From positions 1 through 34,249 of the IMG/VR virus record IMGVR_UViG_3300032305_001148: a DNA stretch of 34,249 bases; one strand, written 5' to 3'. The DNA comes from a virus. Its lineage: Duplodnaviria; Caudoviricetes. Position 1 is the stretch's first letter; every line of letters starts with the position of its first letter. The notes under the pieces were generated by a model. It was not told the origin of the DNA. It ran no database searches and saw only the letters and a list, made by a program, of their open reading frames with translations. The translations under genes and the position numbers were made by a program. Positions 8,621-17,440 of this stretch are shown here, piece by piece.

Positions 8621-11600
8621 TCACCGGAGAAGTGGCAGTAAGAGCTCCTTGAGGACCTCAGGGCGCCGGTAGGGAATGGTCTGCTTAGAGCCGCGGGGAG
8701 CGGGCTCGAGAGGGTCGATGGAGGCGATCCCACCAGGAGACGTGCTGCCTGTGGAGCCTTGCCGTCCAAGGATGGTGCCCACCTGGACGGAATCACCCAC
8801 CTTGACGTGAACCGCATCAAGGTGAGCGTTGATGAGCTGGAAGGTTTGTCCGGTTTTGGGATCCTTGTGCTCGGTGATGACATAGATCCCATAGCTAGTT
8901 TTACCATCTGGCTGGCGTCCGATGTCGGTCACCTTGCCAGGAGCAATGGCTGGGAATTGCTTGTCGTTAAAGTACACATCAACTCCACCCTTCTGGTAAG
9001 AATCGCCTCGTCCCTTGGTTTCCCAGTTGACTACAGCTATATTCTCTTTGCGGAAGTTTCCAGTAAGGCCCACAGCGCTACCACCACGGACTTGGTAGGC
9101 GGCTCGCATCCTTCTCAGGTAGGGCCTTGCGTCGAAGTTCAGCTTGCCAGCCTCCCACTCGTTGTTGAAATCAGCCACTGCTTTTTCCAGATTGCCTCCA
9201 CCTTTGAGGTAGGCAGTAAGCTCTGGCCTCTTCCAACCTCCCCAGATCAGCTCAGAGGCCATGCGGTCTTGAAGCTCGGGAGTGAAGAGTTCGGTGCCGG
9301 TGAGGCCCATCTTCTGCTTCAGGAGGTCCAAGGTGCGACCCTTACCCAGCTGAAGTTGATACTTACCAACGTGGTGGGCCTTGGTTCCTTGGATCTGATC
9401 GATGGTCATGCTGGTCAGGCCGGGGATGCCTTGGCGCATGTCGTCAGCCGTGCCGCTATTGGCAGCCTCGTACTCACGGGCTCCACCTTCTACCCTGCCA
9501 AGGCTTTGCAAAAGCTCGGCCGTTTCGGGAGCAACGCCACCTGAAGGCGTCGGGGTGGCTTGAAAGAGCAGCTCTTTCCGCTTGATCTGCCAGTTGGCTC
9601 TGACCCGCTCAAGATTAGTGGATCGGGGATTGTCCAGGATGGCCATCTGTAGGCCTTGGGCCAGGTCAGCCAAACTACGAGGTTCACCGGTCTGGGCTCG
9701 GATAAACTCGGTTTGAGTGGTGCCGGTGAGCTTGATGGCATCCTGCTGGTCTCCCGGAAAGGCGCCGGTTTTCTTGTAGGTTTCAATCCCTGTCTCCAGA
9801 GTGCGGGGGGCAATCACTTGGTCCCTTGGCTTGACTCCCATCCCTCGAAGGTCGGCCGGTGCAATCTGAGACCAATCGATTAGGGCTGTAGCACCAGCTC
9901 GGGTCTGATTGACGCTGAGTGTTCTGTCCACGAGAGATTTCATGAACTCAACGGGGCGTCCTGGTTTGTCGGAACGCGTGGGATTTACAAGGAACCGTTT
10001 GTCTCCGGTCTTTGGATCTAAAGCCTTTTTGAGGATCCGTTCGGTAACGGCATTCACATCTTCGTTAGTCAGGGATCCCTTTTGAGCTGCAACTCTAAGA
10101 ACTGCGTCGATGATTTCAGCACCAAGCTGGTCAGCGCGGGTAATTACCTCACCAGATGCTAGGTCGGTTGGTTTGAATGCATTACCACTTAGTTGGGCTT
10201 GGATGGCACCCAAGGCGGCCTTATTGATCTGAGCCTTGAAAGGCTTGACCATAGGACCAGCCACGTCCTCAGGGAACTTGAGGCGATTTAGGATTTCTGG
10301 ACGGAACTCCCCATCGGCAATGTGCCTCTCGACCTGGGCCTTGGAGTAGCGACCAGGATGGGCGTTGAAATCGGCGACGAAGTTATCCTCGACGGTTTGA
10401 TCGACCCGTCGTTTGGGTTTCTGGTTGTGGAGAATAAGTGCCGCCTCAGCCCCCTCCAGGCCGGCCTTGGACATCTCCCCAAGCGTTTGCTGTGCGATGG
10501 TCCAGAGCCTCTGCACCTCATTTGGTGGCTTACCAATGATGTCCACCTCGTACGCTTGAACCACATTTTCAACGGTAGCAAGTTGGGCTGCTTTCCTCTC
10601 GTCAGCGTCTATCTTGTTGAGTGATTTTAGTTTGTTTCTGGCAGCGTCGAACACGTCGGGATAAAAAGTCCCCAGAGTCCCGAGTGACATGCTCCCATCT
10701 TGAGCCCGTGGAGCTTGTTCAAGTAGATTGATAGCGTTGCCTTTCCGTCGCCGAATGGCGTCTTCCAGCATCCAGTCCAGGGTCTTTTTGTCGGCTTCTG
10801 AACGTGGGATACCTTCAGCAGCAGCCCACTCTGCACCACCAAACTGAAAGATGTATGTGAGATTTTTGGGATCATCCAGGTTGCTGTTGGCAAGCGCACC
10901 GCCCAATCGAGCTGTGACACCCACGACAGCTGCATCCTTCTGAACGGCAGCAATCCTCTTGGCACCGGCAGAGAAGACTCTTGCCTTGATGTCCATGATC
11001 TTGGGAGTGACGTGCTCAGCCAAGAGTAAGGGATTGATTCCGTCGAGACCGCTGGCTCCAATGAACCCCTGAAGGATCACAGACCATGCGGCGTTCAATT
11101 CTGCCATAGATTGTGCTTCAGAGGGTGCAATCATCCTGACGCTGCCATCGGCGGCTACGATCGGGATGTTTTTGATGGTGGAGCTCATTGCCTGCTCAAA
11201 GAGCATTTCGGCGTTGGCAGTTGCTTTCAAAGCAGTGCCCTCAGCCCGTCCATACTGGCGCCAGCCACTCACTACAGGATCATTGGCTCGAATCTCGACG
11301 GCCACGTCAGGTCGTGTGCTTTCGAGATTGTTGAGGGCAGTCTGCTCCTCAATGGCCGCGCTGCGAAGTTGGGTGGTGTTCTCCCGGTAGGTTTGGAGGG
11401 CCTCAGGCTTGGGCTGCATTTCCCCGTTGAGGATGTCAGCGATGCCGAGCTTGCGATCGTTGTCGTTCTTATTTTGCTGGTTTTCGGTCAGCAGGCCTAT
11501 AGCTGTGCTGGAAAGTTTACCTAAAGCCTCTAGGCCATTGTCGACCGGCTTAAGGTTGAATTGACGCACCCTATCAAGTGCGTCTAACTCAGACAGGCCA

Positions 11601-11710
11601 CGTTGAAGGACTGCTTGGGAGTTGTCAGCAGCCTGGACTGGAGCAAAGCCGCGGGAACTTGTTCCCTCAAGACCTACCCGTCGAACTCCTGGTTGGTATG
11701 AAGAAGCCAT
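8621..11710 (-). CDS. internal virion protein C, gp15-like, with C-terminal lysozyme-like and M23-like domains
   Basis: 1029 aa in the gp15 position. RVEGG..YEAAN..LTSMTIDQI..VGKYQ..FTPELQDRMA is lysozyme-like; APGKV..YGIYV..AHLDAVHVKVGDSVQVGTILGRQGSTG is M23-like. Confidence 0.78.
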   Translation of the reverse strand: MASSYQPGVRRVGLEGTSSRGFAPVQAADNSQAVLQRGLSELDALDRVRQFNLKPVDNGLEALGKLSSTAIGLLTENQQNKNDNDRKLGIADILNGEMQPKPEALQTYRENTTQLRSAAIEEQTALNNLESTRPDVAVEIRANDPVVSGWRQYGRAEGTALKATANAEMLFEQAMSSTIKNIPIVAADGSVRMIAPSEAQSMAELNAAWSVILQGFIGASGLDGINPLLLAEHVTPKIMDIKARVFSAGAKRIAAVQKDAAVVGVTARLGGALANSNLDDPKNLTYIFQFGGAEWAAAEGIPRSEADKKTLDWMLEDAIRRRKGNAINLLEQAPRAQDGSMSLGTLGTFYPDVFDAARNKLKSLNKIDADERKAAQLATVENVVQAYEVDIIGKPPNEVQRLWTIAQQTLGEMSKAGLEGAEAALILHNQKPKRRVDQTVEDNFVADFNAHPGRYSKAQVERHIADGEFRPEILNRLKFPEDVAGPMVKPFKAQINKAALGAIQAQLSGNAFKPTDLASGEVITRADQLGAEIIDAVLRVAAQKGSLTNEDVNAVTERILKKALDPKTGDKRFLVNPTRSDKPGRPVEFMKSLVDRTLSVNQTRAGATALIDWSQIAPADLRGMGVKPRDQVIAPRTLETGIETYKKTGAFPGDQQDAIKLTGTTQTEFIRAQTGEPRSLADLAQGLQMAILDNPRSTNLERVRANWQIKRKELLFQATPTPSGGVAPETAELLQSLGRVEGGAREYEAANSGTADDMRQGIPGLTSMTIDQIQGTKAHHVGKYQLQLGKGRTLDLLKQKMGLTGTELFTPELQDRMASELIWGGWKRPELTAYLKGGGNLEKAVADFNNEWEAGKLNFDARPYLRRMRAAYQVRGGSAVGLTGNFRKENIAVVNWETKGRGDSYQKGGVDVYFNDKQFPAIAPGKVTDIGRQPDGKTSYGIYVITEHKDPKTGQTFQLINAHLDAVHVKVGDSVQVGTILGRQGSTGSTSPGGIASIDPLEPAPRGSKQTIPYRRPEVLKELLLPLLR

Positions 11711-11713
11711 GGG

Positions 11714-12394
11714 TTAGGATGCTCCTGGTGTAGGTGGAGGTGAAGGTGTCTTTTTAGGAAGGCTGTTGGCCTGCGAGTAGGTGCTGTATCCCGACAAAGC
11801 TGCCCCTCCAATCTCTGCAATCAGCCCCAGAGAGCTTGGCGTCCTGGCCTTGACCCTGGTTGGTTTACTGGGTGCAGGACCACGACTCGAAGCCACTTGG
11901 GCGTTGGCACTGGTTGCCTGATCGAAGATGGAGTCGATCGATTGGTAGTAATCGTCTCGAGCGTATCCAAGGTTCAATCCTAGTGTGGCCAGGTCTCGCC
12001 CGTATTCTCGGTCGGGGTCCATGGCTAGTATTCCAATGCTGCGGCCAGACTTGCCGCTGGCTTGGATGTTGGCAGCATCCTGCATGGCCTTGAGTCGCAA
12101 GTTATCTGCCTCAAGTGCAGCCTTCTTGTACTCATTTTGGATCTTGATCTGTGCCGACATGTACGCCTTAGACGCGGCCTCTTGATTCAGTTTCTCTTGG
12201 CGATTGGCGGCGGCATCTTGCTGAGCCCATGCTTGGGCCTGCAGCTCGTACTGCCTTTGCTGAGAATCGTTTAGAGCCTTGGCTTCATTTCGGGCTTGAT
12301 CCGCGGCCTGGGTATACTTAGCAATGGAGCCGACGGCTTGTGTAGCAAAGGAGGCTACACCTAGGGCAATAGGAATTACGGCTGGTGCACACAT
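11714..12394 (-). CDS. internal virion protein B, gp14-like
   Basis: Starts MC, hydrophobic N-terminus, Ala/Gln-rich helices and SGKSGRSI motif. Synteny. Confidence 0.75.
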   Translation of the reverse strand: MCAPAVIPIALGVASFATQAVGSIAKYTQAADQARNEAKALNDSQQRQYELQAQAWAQQDAAANRQEKLNQEAASKAYMSAQIKIQNEYKKAALEADNLRLKAMQDAANIQASGKSGRSIGILAMDPDREYGRDLATLGLNLGYARDDYYQSIDSIFDQATSANAQVASSRGPAPSKPTRVKARTPSSLGLIAEIGGAALSGYSTYSQANSLPKKTPSPPPTPGAS

Positions 12395-12828
12395 TGAACA
12401 AAGGGGAGGAACAACTGGAGTGGGGACGTAGGGGTTTCGACCTCAAACCCCAGGAGCCTGAGAAGTTTGATGTGCGGATAGTTGTGACGATAGACCTGAT
12501 GGGCAAGAACTGGGTAGATGGTGAGCTGCTCCTCCACCCATTCCCTGGCCTGCTTCACGAAGGCGATCGGCTCCGTCTTGGCTGCGTCTGTACTGAGCAT
12601 CCAGGGGGCCCCAAGGGTATCCGACACGGGAACCACACCTGCGATGGCCGCAATGCGATCGTGCTTGTCGTAGATTGCCTTGGGGTTTGCTGAGGACTGG
12701 ATGCCTGTCCAGATTGCCTCAAAGGGTCGCACTTGGCTCACCTCCAACTCTTCTTGGTCTGAAGTGCTGAGGTGGAAGAACAGGGCATGGGCGTCGACCA
12801 GATCGGCCGGGAGGATGGTGTAGCTCAT
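12376..12828 (-). CDS. internal virion protein A, gp13-like (GNAT-like fold)
   Basis: Likely start MSYTI at 12828, ATGA overlap with the gp12 stop. DQEEL, GAPWMLST and N..HIKLLRLLGF are typical of gp13/DUF2833-like proteins. Confidence 0.75.
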   Translation of the reverse strand: MSYTILPADLVDAHALFFHLSTSDQEELEVSQVRPFEAIWTGIQSSANPKAIYDKHDRIAAIAGVVPVSDTLGAPWMLSTDAAKTEPIAFVKQAREWVEEQLTIYPVLAHQVYRHNYPHIKLLRLLGFEVETPTSPLQLFLPFVQCVHQP

Positions 12829-15542
12829 AGGGCCTTTTGACCAAAGGTATCGTAGGTGCCTTCCCACAGAATGCTATCGATGGTCACCGGAAAGAGGTAG
12901 GGAGCCACGATCTTGATTTCAGTAGCATCACCCTTGGCAAATACAGGAACAGTGTTGGTGCGGTTCCTTACAATGGGGATGGTATCAGGAATGTAGCTTC
13001 CTGCCACCTTCTGCTCGAGTGTGGCAATGAATTGATCACGACCTTGGCTCTTGACCTCTACTTGGAAAGATCCAGAGTTGAAGCTAGAGAAAGTCAGACG
13101 GTGGATGATCGGGATGTTGCGTGTGTCCCGTTTCTCGTCCCGTCCCTTGATGAAGAAGGCCGGCAGCGTGGCCTCGGCCCGAATCCTAGTGCCGATGGCG
13201 TAGGTGCTGGTGCTGACGTTTCCAGGGATCCTCAGGTGCCATTTACGTCCCACTGGGTTGGATGGCGTATTGATTAGTGTGCCGGTAAAGGTCACCCCGG
13301 GTTGGGCCGTACTGGTCGTGACACATTCCCATGTCTGGCCTTGGTAGTCTGCCAGATGGTCGGCAATGCCCACTTCGGTGGTATTGTTAGCGGAATTGTA
13401 AAAGACGGCTGGATTGTAATTGTAAATGTCCAGACGAACGTCTACCTGTTCTCCTTGGAAGAATAGAGGGCTGTTAGAGTTGTTGTTGTCTATGGTGATG
13501 CTAGCCAAACTCACGGTTGATGGGTTGGTCTTGGATCGTAGCACGAGGGTAAGGACGTTGCCAGAGAATGACTGGTGTTCGATCAGCCCCGGAAGTGTCC
13601 AACGGAACCAAGCTGCCTGCTTCCTTTCTCCGCCCACGTCGTAGAACTTGAAGCAGAATAACTGACCTTCAGCCTGCTTGCTTCTAAGTGTGACCATGGA
13701 GGCTGTGGTTGAGGCCTGCATGTCCTGAATGTCAGGAGGCAAATATCTAGGGATTACCCTAGTAAGTTCTGCGACCCTGGTGCGGCTCTGACCTTCAGCT
13801 GTGAATTGAGCCTCGAATATGGAGGTGGCTCGAGCACTCTGACTTGCAAATACGATGCTTGGACCGATGTCAATCGGAGCCAGATTAGAGAGCATGTCAT
13901 AGGAGCCCACCTCAACCATCTCAGCAGTCTGGACGCTGAAGGCTTCGGTGTTGGTTTCCAGGCTGTATTGGCCATTGTCGGAAAAGCAGAGAAGACCCCG
14001 CTGATAAGGAAGCATACGTCGGAATCTCAGCGGCCGTGTGGAACCTGCAGAGATGTCAACCGGATCAGATGCCAGGATGGTGGCAACCGTGGTCTGGAAG
14101 AAGTTAAAGTAGTTCCCGGCCACGCCGGCTATGATGTTGTCCTGGCTCGAAAGAACCAGCCTGTTCTTGTAGAAGGAGATCCCATCAATGGGATTGTCTT
14201 TGAAACTGGGCCAGCTGTTGGTGACAAGGTCTCCTACCTGTCGATCCACCCAATACAGTTTGGCAAATGGATCGACGGTGGTGGTGGCGGTGGCAACCGC
14301 AGTGATGGTGAATGTGTCGCCAAACTCATTGGAAACGACGTTGGTGGCCGTAAACCCGTAGCCAGCTCGGCTAGGTTCGACGGTCAGGATGTTGCCGGAA
14401 GTGTCGGTGGAGACCGCCCTGAGGCGAAGGTTGGAGCCAGTGCCCCCCTTGGCCCAAAAGGTCTGGCCTACCAGGTATCGTCCACGGGTGGAGCTCAGGA
14501 CGGTGGCCGTGGTTACTGTGCCTGTGGTTGACACACTGGACAGGGTGGCCAGGGCCTCAGAAAGACCAAGACGACGCACGGTGAAAGTGTTGTTGGCCTC
14601 ACGAATGAGGGCATGGGGAAGGGTGTCAATGTTGAAGCCGTTGTTGACTCCAGGGCCGATTGTCTCTTCCCACACGCCAACGCCTGAGGTGGCTCCGTTG
14701 TCGGTCTTGAATGTCACCCAATAGTCGTCTCCATCAGATCCTTCGCTGCTGAGAACGCGGATCCTGGAATTGTTGATGAACTGCCTGGGTAGATCTGCTG
14801 GGCTGGATACCTTGCCCTTGGCAATGGAGATGGCCGAACCGCCTTGTCCTCCGGAGGTGGTGGCATCAAATTGAGCCCCATCGTTCCGACGCACATACAA
14901 GTAAGGACCGATTACCGTGGCTGTAAGAATACCACCTGCGTTGATTACGGCTGCCAGTCCTTCGGTTACGTCCCGGATGCTTAGGCGATCTGTGGTTACG
15001 TTGGTAGAGTTGTAAGTGTAAAGGGTCGAGGGCAGAAGGGTGAACTCGTAGCGGCTGTTGTAGCCAACTGCGTTGATGCTGACAATCGCATAAGGAGTGT
15101 CCGTAGGGCTAGACAGACTTCCCTGAGTGACGTTTACCTTCTTGTTTAGGAGAAGGGTGTAGTCGCCCACGGTGAGCAGTTCGAGCTCATCGTCATTGGT
15201 ATGGGCAAGATAAGCCTGTGCCCCGGCTCCGATTGCATTGACGGTTTGGGATTCACCGCTCTGGGCGTCCCACACCTTGAGCATCGAAGCTCCGGCAGTG
15301 CGTCCAATCTGGACCAGGTACTTCTCCTCGTCGTCTCGGTCAATCTTGCCCCAACGCGATGAGGTGCTGAGAGCACCACTCAGTTGAGAGATGTGCTTTA
15401 TCCCAGGCCGCTTGGACAGTCCAAAGGAAGGATCAGGCAAGAAGTTGTCACAGGTGACAAAGGTGCCTTCGAGCTTCAGGGAATCGGGCTGCTGGGAGAC
15501 TCCCCCAATCAGGTTGTCGATCTTCTGAGAAACGGCGGGCAT
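12825..15542 (-). CDS. tail tubular protein B (gp12, nozzle)
   Basis: Likely start MPAVSQKIDNLIGGVSQQPD at 15542. GLSKRPG, TLPHALIRE, W.DR.VGD..TN..PSF, FYKNRL and DPVD motifs. Confidence 0.92.
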   Translation of the reverse strand: MPAVSQKIDNLIGGVSQQPDSLKLEGTFVTCDNFLPDPSFGLSKRPGIKHISQLSGALSTSSRWGKIDRDDEEKYLVQIGRTAGASMLKVWDAQSGESQTVNAIGAGAQAYLAHTNDDELELLTVGDYTLLLNKKVNVTQGSLSSPTDTPYAIVSINAVGYNSRYEFTLLPSTLYTYNSTNVTTDRLSIRDVTEGLAAVINAGGILTATVIGPYLYVRRNDGAQFDATTSGGQGGSAISIAKGKVSSPADLPRQFINNSRIRVLSSEGSDGDDYWVTFKTDNGATSGVGVWEETIGPGVNNGFNIDTLPHALIREANNTFTVRRLGLSEALATLSSVSTTGTVTTATVLSSTRGRYLVGQTFWAKGGTGSNLRLRAVSTDTSGNILTVEPSRAGYGFTATNVVSNEFGDTFTITAVATATTTVDPFAKLYWVDRQVGDLVTNSWPSFKDNPIDGISFYKNRLVLSSQDNIIAGVAGNYFNFFQTTVATILASDPVDISAGSTRPLRFRRMLPYQRGLLCFSDNGQYSLETNTEAFSVQTAEMVEVGSYDMLSNLAPIDIGPSIVFASQSARATSIFEAQFTAEGQSRTRVAELTRVIPRYLPPDIQDMQASTTASMVTLRSKQAEGQLFCFKFYDVGGERKQAAWFRWTLPGLIEHQSFSGNVLTLVLRSKTNPSTVSLASITIDNNNSNSPLFFQGEQVDVRLDIYNYNPAVFYNSANNTTEVGIADHLADYQGQTWECVTTSTAQPGVTFTGTLINTPSNPVGRKWHLRIPGNVSTSTYAIGTRIRAEATLPAFFIKGRDEKRDTRNIPIIHRLTFSSFNSGSFQVEVKSQGRDQFIATLEQKVAGSYIPDTIPIVRNRTNTVPVFAKGDATEIKIVAPYLFPVTIDSILWEGTYDTFGQKAL

Positions 15543-15544
15543 AA

Positions 15545-16150
15545 TTACCTGGCAATGATGGAGAGCGCAGTCTGGGTTGGAGCCATGAAATACCGACCCT
15601 TGTCCCCTTGAACCAGGACATTGTGTCGACCAGTGGTACAGTCGTAGGAGAGGCAAGCGGCCCGCAGGAGTGTCTCATCCTGGGAATTGAACAAGACCAT
15701 CTTGTCGGATCCTAGGGTGCGCCCAGCAAAGACCCTGGCAGCACGCTGAACGATGTAGTTCTGGAAAACAGAAGGGATGTCCTCGAACAGGTAGTCCCAC
15801 ACCACATCGAGGCTGATGGAAGTGCCGGCACCCCAGTCAAAGCTGTGGGCAAGGTTGTCGTAGAGCTTGCCGTTCTTTTGGACGGCTCGCACCCGGAACT
15901 GGTTGTCTTCCTGGTTGACGGACATATTCAAGATCCCAGGAGGGATGGCAATGTCTCCGTTGCTGTCAGACAGTAGGGTGTAGCCCTTTTCAGAGTTGAA
16001 GTTCCATCCTTCCCCAAGCACCTCTTCTCTCACATTGTCAAGGATGAGGGTGGCGGTGGCAATCTCAGGGTTGGCCTGATCAAGTCCAGTGATTGGGGCC
16101 TGACCAATAGCGGTCAGCATCGTGTTGACTGCTTGCAGCTGAGTGGTCAT
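15545..16150 (-). CDS. tail tubular protein A (gp11)
   Basis: LQAVNTMLTAIGQAP, EGWNFNSE, KLYD and FEDIP..FQNYI..RAAR motifs. Follows the capsid gene. Confidence 0.92.
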   Translation of the reverse strand: MTTQLQAVNTMLTAIGQAPITGLDQANPEIATATLILDNVREEVLGEGWNFNSEKGYTLLSDSNGDIAIPPGILNMSVNQEDNQFRVRAVQKNGKLYDNLAHSFDWGAGTSISLDVVWDYLFEDIPSVFQNYIVQRAARVFAGRTLGSDKMVLFNSQDETLLRAACLSYDCTTGRHNVLVQGDKGRYFMAPTQTALSIIAR

Positions 16151-16187
16151 GGTGGGAAAGGAGAGCGCCGTTCTGGGCGCAGAAAGG

Positions 16188-16218
16188 AAAAAGGCCCAGG
16201 CTTTAATAAGCCCAGGCC
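16188..16218 (-). terminator. T-phi-like intrinsic terminator after the major capsid gene
   Basis: Minus strand GGCCUGGGCUU-AUUA-AAGCCUGGGCC followed by UUUUU, 13 nt after the capsid stop. Same position as T7 T-phi. Confidence 0.82.
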
Positions 16219-16231
16219 ATATTAAACGAAA

Positions 16232-17248
16232 TCAGGCTACGTTCTGGAACTCGCCGGCCACGGAGACGCGGACGGGACCAGCACCCAGAGCCAGACGGCC
16301 AACGATGACATCACCTTGATAGATGACCTTGGTGTCGGCACCCGTGGTCTGGATGGAGGGACCAATGCCCTCGAGCACAGCAGCAGCGTCCCGATGGTAG
16401 ATCAGGCCGCAGCTGTTGGTGAAGCTGGCAGCGGTGCCGTAGGTGTTACGAGCACCATAGGTGCCAGAACCACCCGCGGTGTCCGTCTCAATGGCCGCGC
16501 CGGAAGCGGAGCCATAACGACCCAGGAAGGGCACGTTGTTGGAACGACGGATGTTGATGCCAGCAATGCTGTAGAGGCCTTCGCCGCTGTTCAGATCCCC
16601 TTGGCTGCCACCATAATCCCGGTTGAGGATGTTGGTGTCGACCTGAGAAATCAGGGCGTAGTATTGACGGGGCGACAGCACAGCAAAGCGACCGTCCTTG
16701 GGAGCGGCCACTTCGTCCAGACGGGCAGCGGCTTCGAAGAAACCGTCAACCAGAGCCTGGGCGTTGTATTCCTGGTTGGCACCGATGTTGATGCGGAAGC
16801 CACCAGGTTCGCCGGTCACAGGAGCCGAAAGGCCAGCAGCACGGGACAGGGTGCGACCGATACGACGGTCGTAGAACTCAGCCAGCGATTGGCCGATCTG
16901 ACGGGCGATGGGGCCGCGGACATCATAGTGCGAGATCACTTCGTCCAGGGAGTACACGAAGGCACTGGCAACCAGAAGGTCGTCCAGTTCGATCGTGGTT
17001 TCGGCGGACGGAGGATCACCCGAACCGAGGATTGCAGTACCGGGAGTATGGTATGCAGCCGTGATGCGACCAGTGTGAATGAACTGGTGAGAGCGGCCGT
17101 TGCTGATCTGCTTGTTGAGGACGGTGTCCTTGAAGATCGTGGCGTTGCGGAAGGCCTCGTACACCTCGCCACTGAAAAGTTTCAGGAACAGGGCGCGTTG
17201 GTCGCCGGCCTTGTTAGAGCGGCCGGGTTGCGTTACGGTGAAAGTCAC
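16232..17248 (-). CDS. major capsid protein (gp10)
   Basis: ALFLKLFSGEV, GRSHQFIHTG, IELDDLL, HYDVR, LSPRQYY.L, SNNVP and YQGDVIVGR are T7-like capsid motifs. GTG start. Confidence 0.96.
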   Translation of the reverse strand: MTFTVTQPGRSNKAGDQRALFLKLFSGEVYEAFRNATIFKDTVLNKQISNGRSHQFIHTGRITAAYHTPGTAILGSGDPPSAETTIELDDLLVASAFVYSLDEVISHYDVRGPIARQIGQSLAEFYDRRIGRTLSRAAGLSAPVTGEPGGFRINIGANQEYNAQALVDGFFEAAARLDEVAAPKDGRFAVLSPRQYYALISQVDTNILNRDYGGSQGDLNSGEGLYSIAGINIRRSNNVPFLGRYGSASGAAIETDTAGGSGTYGARNTYGTAASFTNSCGLIYHRDAAAVLEGIGPSIQTTGADTKVIYQGDVIVGRLALGAGPVRVSVAGEFQNVA

Positions 17249-17322
17249 AGAATTAAAGTCGAAGGGGTGTGAACCGATCGACTGAGCTCAGTCAAATATG
17301 AAGCGCAAAAAGTCAACGGGTA

Positions 17323-17347
17323 TGGATTATCCTCCGCAGAGGGTCCA
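17323..17347 (-). promoter_or_regulatory. cUGCGg-capped hairpin with asymmetric internal loop in the capsid leader
   Basis: Minus strand UGGA-C-CCUC-UGCG-GAGG-AUAA-UCCA. The structure is seen directly; a regulatory role is inferred. Confidence 0.4.
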
Positions 17348-17382
17348 ACCGAACGTTCGGCTGTTAATGGGAGCCACCCAAT

Positions 17383-17440
17383 AGTCTCCCCCTGGACTTG
17401 AACCAGGGACCCAAGGCTCTACCAACTGAGCTAGGGAGAC
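17383..17440 (-). ncRNA. tRNA-like RNA lacking the anticodon arm (58 nt)
   Basis: Minus strand GUCUCCC UA GCUC AGUUGGUA GAGC CUUGGGUC CCUGG UUCAAGU CCAGG GGGAGAC U: 7-bp acceptor stem, U8/A9, 4-bp D stem with GG loop, 5-bp T stem with UUCAA loop. Only 8 nt between D and T arms; no encoded CCA. Confidence 0.82.

Noticed and set aside
16219-16260. T7 10A/10B-type capsid frameshift extension
   Set aside because: No slippery sequence before the stop; the terminator and gp11 follow with no room for an extension.
16316-17272. 318-aa plus-strand ORF, and similar long antisense ORFs at 22567-23544, 28887-29774, 8759-9544 and 13806-14531
   Set aside because: They mirror well-supported minus-strand genes and are expected from codon bias in GC-rich DNA. 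No motifs, and T7-like genomes are transcribed from one strand.
17383-17440. Functional decoding tRNA, or attP remnant
   Set aside because: There is no anticodon loop. An attP normally copies only part of a tRNA (usually the 3' portion), whereas both acceptor strands and the D arm are present, and no integrase is seen in the window.
17431-17440. ctagggagac resembling the T7 promoter start (TATAGGGAGA)
   Set aside because: Wrong strand, lacks TAATACGACTCAC, and is simply the acceptor stem.
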